A stretch of 63,534 nucleotides of DNA, filler included, from Collodictyon triciliatum (lineage: Eukaryota), in the NCBI GenBank assembly GCA_043381765.1. It is 8 parts of 8 records of this genome, joined end to end, with 100 filler letters (N's around TTAATTAATTAA, not from the genome) between each part and the next. Parts side by side here need not be neighbours in the genome. Positions count along the whole stretch, not along the records: positions 51,395 to 60,028 come from JBHJMP010003344.1; positions 60,129 to 63,534 come from JBHJMP010003465.1; 6 more parts are not named here. One strand, given 5' to 3'. Below the pieces are notes generated by a model. That model saw only the letters and a list, made by a program, of their open reading frames with translations, was not told the origin of the DNA and searched no databases. This document shows, piece by piece, positions 54,657-63,534 of this stretch (the first letter of the stretch is position 1; each line of letters starts with the position of its first letter). The position numbers and the translations under genes are program-made.

Positions 54657-56297
54657 GGTTCTACAGGAGGCAATCAGGGCACAAGAGCACAGTCTCCCAA
54701 CACCACATTTGTTTATGAGGTCCCAACCTCAAAGACGGAAATAATATCGAGCGATGAGAGAAAGTTGGCTCAATTAATTGATGAAAGCGATGAAACAAAC
54801 AAATTGATTGATGAAATATACACTCCAGATGCTCTAAGCGAAAAATATCCAACGAATCCACTTGCAAGTCTTTCCTTCTTCCTCAGAATCGAGTATATTC
54901 TAAGTAATGCCGAGAAAATACAAAAACTACTAGCAAAGGCAGTTGAGACGAATCCTCTATTCAAAAAATTACGCGAAAATGTTACTTATATTGAGGTATT
55001 CAGAGAAGCACTAATCTATTTTGATGCTAATCCTAAGAAAGCTCAGATTCTATTTGTGCATTGTATCTTAAAAGATAAATCTTTCAGTCCTGCCTTTGTG
55101 GCACTCAGAGAGCTATACTATGCTTATCCCGAGCTCATCATTTTTCCAAGCGAGAGACCACAGTGCGACAAAATCCTGGAGCAAATTGAACACATCGAAC
55201 CGGAGGTGCTGAAGAAAGATATCAAGACCCTAGAGGCAGAAAAGTCTTATCCCATCGCCAATTACTTACTGTCGCTTTATTATTCATGGGGATGGGGTAC
55301 AGAGAGAGACTACGACAAGGCATACAAACTCCTCGAGGGACTCGACACAAGAATTCAGAAATACAAATCCTTTGGAATCGGATGTATCTATAAAAGAGGA
55401 TACACCGCCAGAAACATGAAGCCTAATGCTTTAAGCGCATTCACTGAATTTTTACAGGCAGCCCAGATGGAACATTGTGCATCCATATTGAACGTTGCAA
55501 ACACTTATATGTTTGGAGTCGGGGTTGAAAAAAGTGAAGAGGAATCATATAAATGGCTAAAAAATGCGGCAGTAAAAGGAGAGCCGGTCTCGCAGTATAC
55601 TTGTGCTCTGGTCGTGCAAAAGTCAAATGATGAAGAATATCAAAAATTAATCAAACAATCGTCTCGTAAGGGGTGTTCTCTTGCCCAATACAAGCGAGCT
55701 ACCGAGTTACTCGAAAGAGGACAAACTACTTCATCGATATTAGAACTGGACCGATGCATTGATTGGTTGGAGTTGGCATCGACACAAGGTCACCAACGCG
55801 CATCCCAGGTACTCCGCATACTGCAACTGAAGAAGGCAATTGAGAGCCAGTCTAAAATGGTGAGCGGTTTCAATGAGCCGAATGAAAACACGACGGCTGT
55901 GGAGATATTAGAAAAGCACCGCAAAGAGCTGTTTGTACTTCTTGACAGCGTGAAGGATGACAGCTTCATGGCAAAGTATGAAGTGGGGTGTGCGTACGCC
56001 CTTGGTCTTGGGACGGCAACTGACCCGAAGAAAGCCTTTCAGATTTTCGAATCCCTGTCGAGTGGCAGATTCAGTGATGCTCATATCCAATTAGGGCTCT
56101 GCTATGAGTTTGGAGAAGGAACACTCAAAGACGAATCCAAAGCACTTGAATTATACACACTTTCTTATGAAGACCGTCCCAGTGTCTCCGGACAGCACAT
56201 CAAGCGCGTCGTAAACACACTCAAATCAAAAAAACTGCACTCAGAGCAGGTCTCGGATATCCAAGCGCGATACCCAGCCATATTCAACGGCGCTTAA
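54657..56297 (+). CDS. Sel1-like repeat region; probably the last exon of the upstream pseudokinase gene
   Basis: YSWGWGTERDYDKAY, YMFGVGVEKSEEESYKW, YALGLGTATDPKKAF, LGLCYEFGEGTLKDESKA. No ATG near the 5' end of the open frame; acceptor CGCAG at 54656. Confidence 0.85.
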   Translation, partial: GSTGGNQGTRAQSPNTTFVYEVPTSKTEIISSDERKLAQLIDESDETNKLIDEIYTPDALSEKYPTNPLASLSFFLRIEYILSNAEKIQKLLAKAVETNPLFKKLRENVTYIEVFREALIYFDANPKKAQILFVHCILKDKSFSPAFVALRELYYAYPELIIFPSERPQCDKILEQIEHIEPEVLKKDIKTLEAEKSYPIANYLLSLYYSWGWGTERDYDKAYKLLEGLDTRIQKYKSFGIGCIYKRGYTARNMKPNALSAFTEFLQAAQMEHCASILNVANTYMFGVGVEKSEEESYKWLKNAAVKGEPVSQYTCALVVQKSNDEEYQKLIKQSSRKGCSLAQYKRATELLERGQTTSSILELDRCIDWLELASTQGHQRASQVLRILQLKKAIESQSKMVSGFNEPNENTTAVEILEKHRKELFVLLDSVKDDSFMAKYEVGCAYALGLGTATDPKKAFQIFESLSSGRFSDAHIQLGLCYEFGEGTLKDESKALELYTLSYEDRPSVSGQHIKRVVNTLKSKKLHSEQVSDIQARYPAIFNGA

Positions 56298-56993
56298 GCG
56301 CAACTGGTGGTTATCCTTGAATCGCGTCAATCAATATTGCATTATTATTATTATTATTATTTTATTGATTCATTCCGTCCAATTTTGTTTTTACAATCAA
56401 CCCACACCCTTTGGATGATACGTATTGACAGGTTGAATTCTCCACAATTCATAGGTTCGCACAAGCGGTCGCCTTTTCTGAAGGACGCAGCATTTCAAAT
56501 CCATTGCGCCAGGCCAACAAACCCCTACCTCACCTTAAAGAAAAAGAATGAAACCTCTCAAAGAAAAAAAAATACATTCTTTGCCTTGACCCACCGCACA
56601 AATAAAATAAAAAAAACAACAACTTAAAGAATAATGTGATGACGGGAACACAAAGAATCAGCAGCATTTTGTCGGGTGAGCGGATGAGCACCAAAATACA
56701 CGACTGGGTAGTAAAATATTCAGAGTTGGTTTGTAAGCGGCACCCCCCAAAAAAAGGCAATCACAATCATCATCATCATCATCTTTTAAAAAGAAAACAC
56801 AAGCGTATACCAACCCATAAGTGTGGATTTGCATTTTATCAACAACCGCGTCACCACAGCGCCACCCGACGTATTTTTTCATCACCCGCCAAGTCCGACC
56901 CAGCAAAGCACAAAACAAGATAAAAACACTGACACAACTACACAGTCAAAGCAAAGACAACCCAGAAGGCGGACAGCAGGCAGCAGACCCGGG

Positions 56994-57497
56994 ATGACAA
57001 CACCCACTCCGACCCCAGTGCTGGGCAACAATAGCAACAACAGCAACAGCAAGCACAACAGCAAGAGCGGCATCGGCCTCTTCAACACAAACATCACACA
57101 CATCTTGATGCCCTTTGACGGCGAAAACGCGCCTTCGACCGTCCGCTTCATCCGACACGGCATTTACGTGGCCAAAGCGCTCCACTGCAGAGTGACTCTG
57201 ATGCACGTGACAAAGCCGGAGCAGCGCCCGGGCACCGCAACAGAAGCCAAGCAACTAGACCAGACGCGGAAGGAGGTTGACAAGGTAGAGCAGATATCTC
57301 CTGAGCCCATACGACTACACGGCCTTTGCCACCTTGCCTCTCTCGCCGCCCAAGGCGTAGCGCCAAGAGCAACTCTGTTGGCATCATGCATGGACCGGCG
57401 GGGCGATAAACCGTGCAGGGCTTGTCGCGGTGACTTGTGCGTGAGCGTCCAGTCTTATTGTTATGTCAGCCTTGGAATCGTGCTGATGCTCGGTTAA
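56994..57497 (+). CDS. Universal stress protein (USP)-like N-terminal half; 3' structure unresolved
   Basis: THILMPFDGE....IRHGIYVAKALHCRVTLMHV fits the USP beta1-alpha1-beta2 pattern; donor-like AAG|GTAGAG at about 57284. Confidence 0.55.
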   Translation: MTTPTPTPVLGNNSNNSNSKHNSKSGIGLFNTNITHILMPFDGENAPSTVRFIRHGIYVAKALHCRVTLMHVTKPEQRPGTATEAKQLDQTRKEVDKVEQISPEPIRLHGLCHLASLAAQGVAPRATLLASCMDRRGDKPCRACRGDLCVSVQSYCYVSLGIVLMLG

Positions 57498-57693
57498 ATC
57501 CGTGCAAATGAGAGGCGATGGAGATGAGAGACAAGAGTATCTGCCATTTTCGGGATGGCTGTTGCTGGTTGTGATGATTATGATAATAAAAGGAAAACCT
57601 GAGGGGAAAATATGTTTGAGGTGATTACAGTGTGTTAGATTGGGGGTTGCCTTTCTTTCTACCAGTCAGGCAGTTTTGGACGTTCTTGGTAGT

Positions 57694-60000
57694 TTAGTTC
57701 ATAAACTTTGATGGGTGGATCGAACGGTCCCATTCAGATGCTAGCAGAGCCAGGATTTCGGAGTGGAGGGGGGTGAGAAGCAAAGAAAGCTCCTTTTGCA
57801 GCTCGGTAATCATCTCCCAATCAGATGTTTGGCATGCAGCCTAGATATCGTAATTTAATACATATAATAAATAAACAAACGAACACACAACCACACTGAT
57901 ATTGTTTAGTATCCGTATTTTTACATCCATGTTATACTACTGCTTTTATACATGATAACTTTTCCTATATTTGATTATATATATATATCGGATTTGATAG
58001 ACACACCAGAAGAGTTCCTAATAATGAAAGAATAACACCCGGTTCGCATCCAGTCACACTCCTCAGTTGCTTTTCAATCAGAACTAGGGTTTCTTCTGCA
58101 GGGTCGAAGCAGTTCTTTATGAAATGCATATTGAATTAAAAATACGAGGAATGCGAATTTTAAGTATGGAACGAACAGTGGCCGAAAAAAAAAACTGAGA
58201 GTAAGAAAGGACGAAATATTGTATTCATATTCGACTACAATAAAACGGTGGAAACATGTCAATTAAGATTCAAATTCCAAGTACTCGTGTCATCTGAAGG
58301 AGAAACAAGGAAATGTAAGCCTCTGATGTCGCTGTCTCTATGACACTGGCACACGGTCCTATCAAAATATGCTCAGTCTTTCAATATCTTTTCTTTTTGT
58401 GGTAGTTTGCCCACCTGTGTTTGGTCTATTCTTTTCTAATCTACCGATGATGACGTGAATCTTATGAAACGAAGATTCTACATCCTCTGTGATGGACATA
58501 AAAAGAATGCGTGGAAATTAAAGAAAAGAAAGATAAAAGGAGGATATTATATTAACTAAAGAATATCCTACTTTGAATTAAATATAGGGAAAAAACTAAA
58601 GAATATCCTATGCAACCCAACAGAATTGATTGATATATGCAAATATATGTTCCAAGTGACAAACATTAGTTTCATTTTATCGTTCCTAAATCGATTTTAA
58701 AACATCATGTCATGTATGATACACTTACCGTTTAGCACCAAACATTTAAATGAATCCTGCATGCATATCAACTCAGTCTGTGGGGCTTCATCTTTGTATA
58801 AAATCGCGGCTTTATCATAGAACTGGGCAGCATCAGAGAGCTTCCCTAAGGTCTATGCGATAGAAAATTAACAACCGGTGGTTTAAAAGAAAATCTCAAA
58901 ACATCACTAAATTTGTTAGTTTGTTAGTTTGTTAGTTTGTTAGTTTGTTTGTTTGTTAGTCAGTTTGTTAGTTAGTTTGTTTGTTTGTTTGTTAGTTTGT
59001 TTATGTATTCATTCCTTTTAAAAAAATACAATTTATTCCAGCTTGTCATGTTGAATCGAATGTTGATTCCAAAATAGTTATGAAAGTCACCTGCAAAGAA
59101 GTAGCAACCTCTCGGCACAATCTTGCAGCTGTCACGCCTTGCTTATATTTCACGTAAATCTAGAACCAGTAGCATTTATTACAATTCAACTAAAATATAC
59201 CGAAAGAATTTACATTTCAATATAGAGGGAAAAAAATGTCAAGCAACTGGCTAACATACATCAATGGCCATTAAATAACATTGAATAGAGTCGGCCAAAA
59301 ATTCATCCCATTGGTACTCTTGAAACGGGGCCTGCTCAATCTCGTACTGCATGAAAAGACGACCTATCCGATGAATATTTATGAATACAACAACATGGAC
59401 AAGGATTTCAACCCTTGAAATAATATCTGCAGCTTTCATACCAGCATCTTGTAGTCGGTTGGCTTGCAATCCAGGGTTCGTGATAGCCTCTTCGCTCCTG
59501 GACGAAAACATGCCATAAGTCACCCGCAGTATGGCGGTATATTTCTCGTAATAGCATGGAAGCCATTCGGATTTTATTCATGTGATTGTCTACATATTTC
59601 ATTTGGGCGAGAACACAGTCACTTAAAGATGCATACCTCGCATAAGCGATACAGAACAGTGCGGCATATGCGTGGTTTCCATCCTTCTTTAGGGAGTTTG
59701 CCATGGAAGATACTTGCTGGGGGGTGATTTGCTTGTTCTGTCCTTGGCGCTTAAATATGCTTCTCCTGTGAGCACATTGATAGTTCGATTAGAATCATAT
59801 ACTTGGAACGCAGGAAAGTCTTTGCTTTTGTTTGTAGACCCGACACAAAGACGCGGGTTTCAAAGAGTCGCGCGAATTGAGTCGCGGTGAATAATGGGTT
59901 AAACATATGGTTCTGTTTTATGTGGGCTTTGCAAGGATTACTTTCTTTGCAGTTGGGCAAGCATCGAGTTGTACTCCTCTAGGTACGGCGTTGACTCCAT
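57694..60000 (-). CDS. F8A1: 40-kDa huntingtin-associated protein (HAP40) homolog, about 11 exons
   Basis: YLEEYNSMLAQLQK..KTFLR..HAYAALFCIAYAR|SEEAITNPGLQANRLQDAG|RLFMQYE..AARLCREVATSLQ|TLGKLSDAAQFYDKAAIL..|AACQTSDWEMITELQKELSLLLTPLHSEILALL; collinear end to end with human HAP40 as I recall it. Confidence 0.82.
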
Positions 60001-60028
60001 TTTCCTATGCCAACAGATACAAACAATC

Positions 60029-60128
60029 NNNNNNNNNNNNNNNNNNNNNNNNNNNNNNNNNNNNNNNNNNNNTTAATTAATTAANNNNNNNNNNNNNNNN
60101 NNNNNNNNNNNNNNNNNNNNNNNNNNNN
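60029..60128. other. Artificial contig spacer
   Basis: Same linker. Confidence 0.99.
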
Positions 60129-60130
60129 GA

Positions 60131-60187
<57 letters not shown>

Positions 60188-60279
60188 GAGCAAAAAGGGA
60201 AAAAATGTAAAATAGTGTAAAATCTGTTTTTCTGTTTTATCGACCGAGAGTAGGATGAAGAGTGATAAATAAAGTGACA

Positions 60280-63380
<3,101 letters not shown>

Positions 63381-63441
63381 ATTACGTGGACGAATGAATG
63401 TACATGTTAGAAATCAAAGAAAGCCCTCTTCTTTCTTTCTT

Positions 63442-63484
<43 letters not shown>

Positions 63485-63534
63485 TTTTTTTTTTTGGTAA
63501 AATTTTTTATATTTTTTAGTAAATTTTTTTTAAA

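Overview
Eukaryotic (protist-like) genomic DNA, not a prokaryotic locus. The window is eight unlinked contigs, mostly about 8.6 kb, joined by artificial 100-nt spacers (N44-TTAATTAATTAA-N44), so adjacency across spacers means nothing. The genome is AT-rich, dense in introns and microsatellites, and uses the standard code (TAA, TAG and TGA all end genes). Spliced genes reconstructed by hand: the 3' end of CEP104; a Par3/HAL-N + 7xSH3 + EF/p25-like protein; a Golgi-type sulfotransferase; SERRATE/Ars2; PNO1; ATG18/WIPI; HAP40 (F8A1); a TSNAXIP1-like gene; and tRNA-Pro(AGG). CEP104 and TSNAXIP1 suggest a flagellate; HAP40 is best known from Amorphea. The most unusual content is four repeat-based, receptor-like proteins: (1) a secreted NIDO + LRR protein with at least 20 consecutive exons that each encode one LRR and are all phase-1 symmetric; (2) an apparently extracellular 14-blade WD40 array on a Cys-rich stalk and about 9 TM helices; (3) an intronless NACHT-pentapeptide-14xWD40-Sel1 NLR-like protein with conserved repeats and variable surface positions; (4) a Q-rich tandem pseudokinase probably spliced to a Sel1 array. 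All domain calls come from motif recognition by eye; no searches were run.
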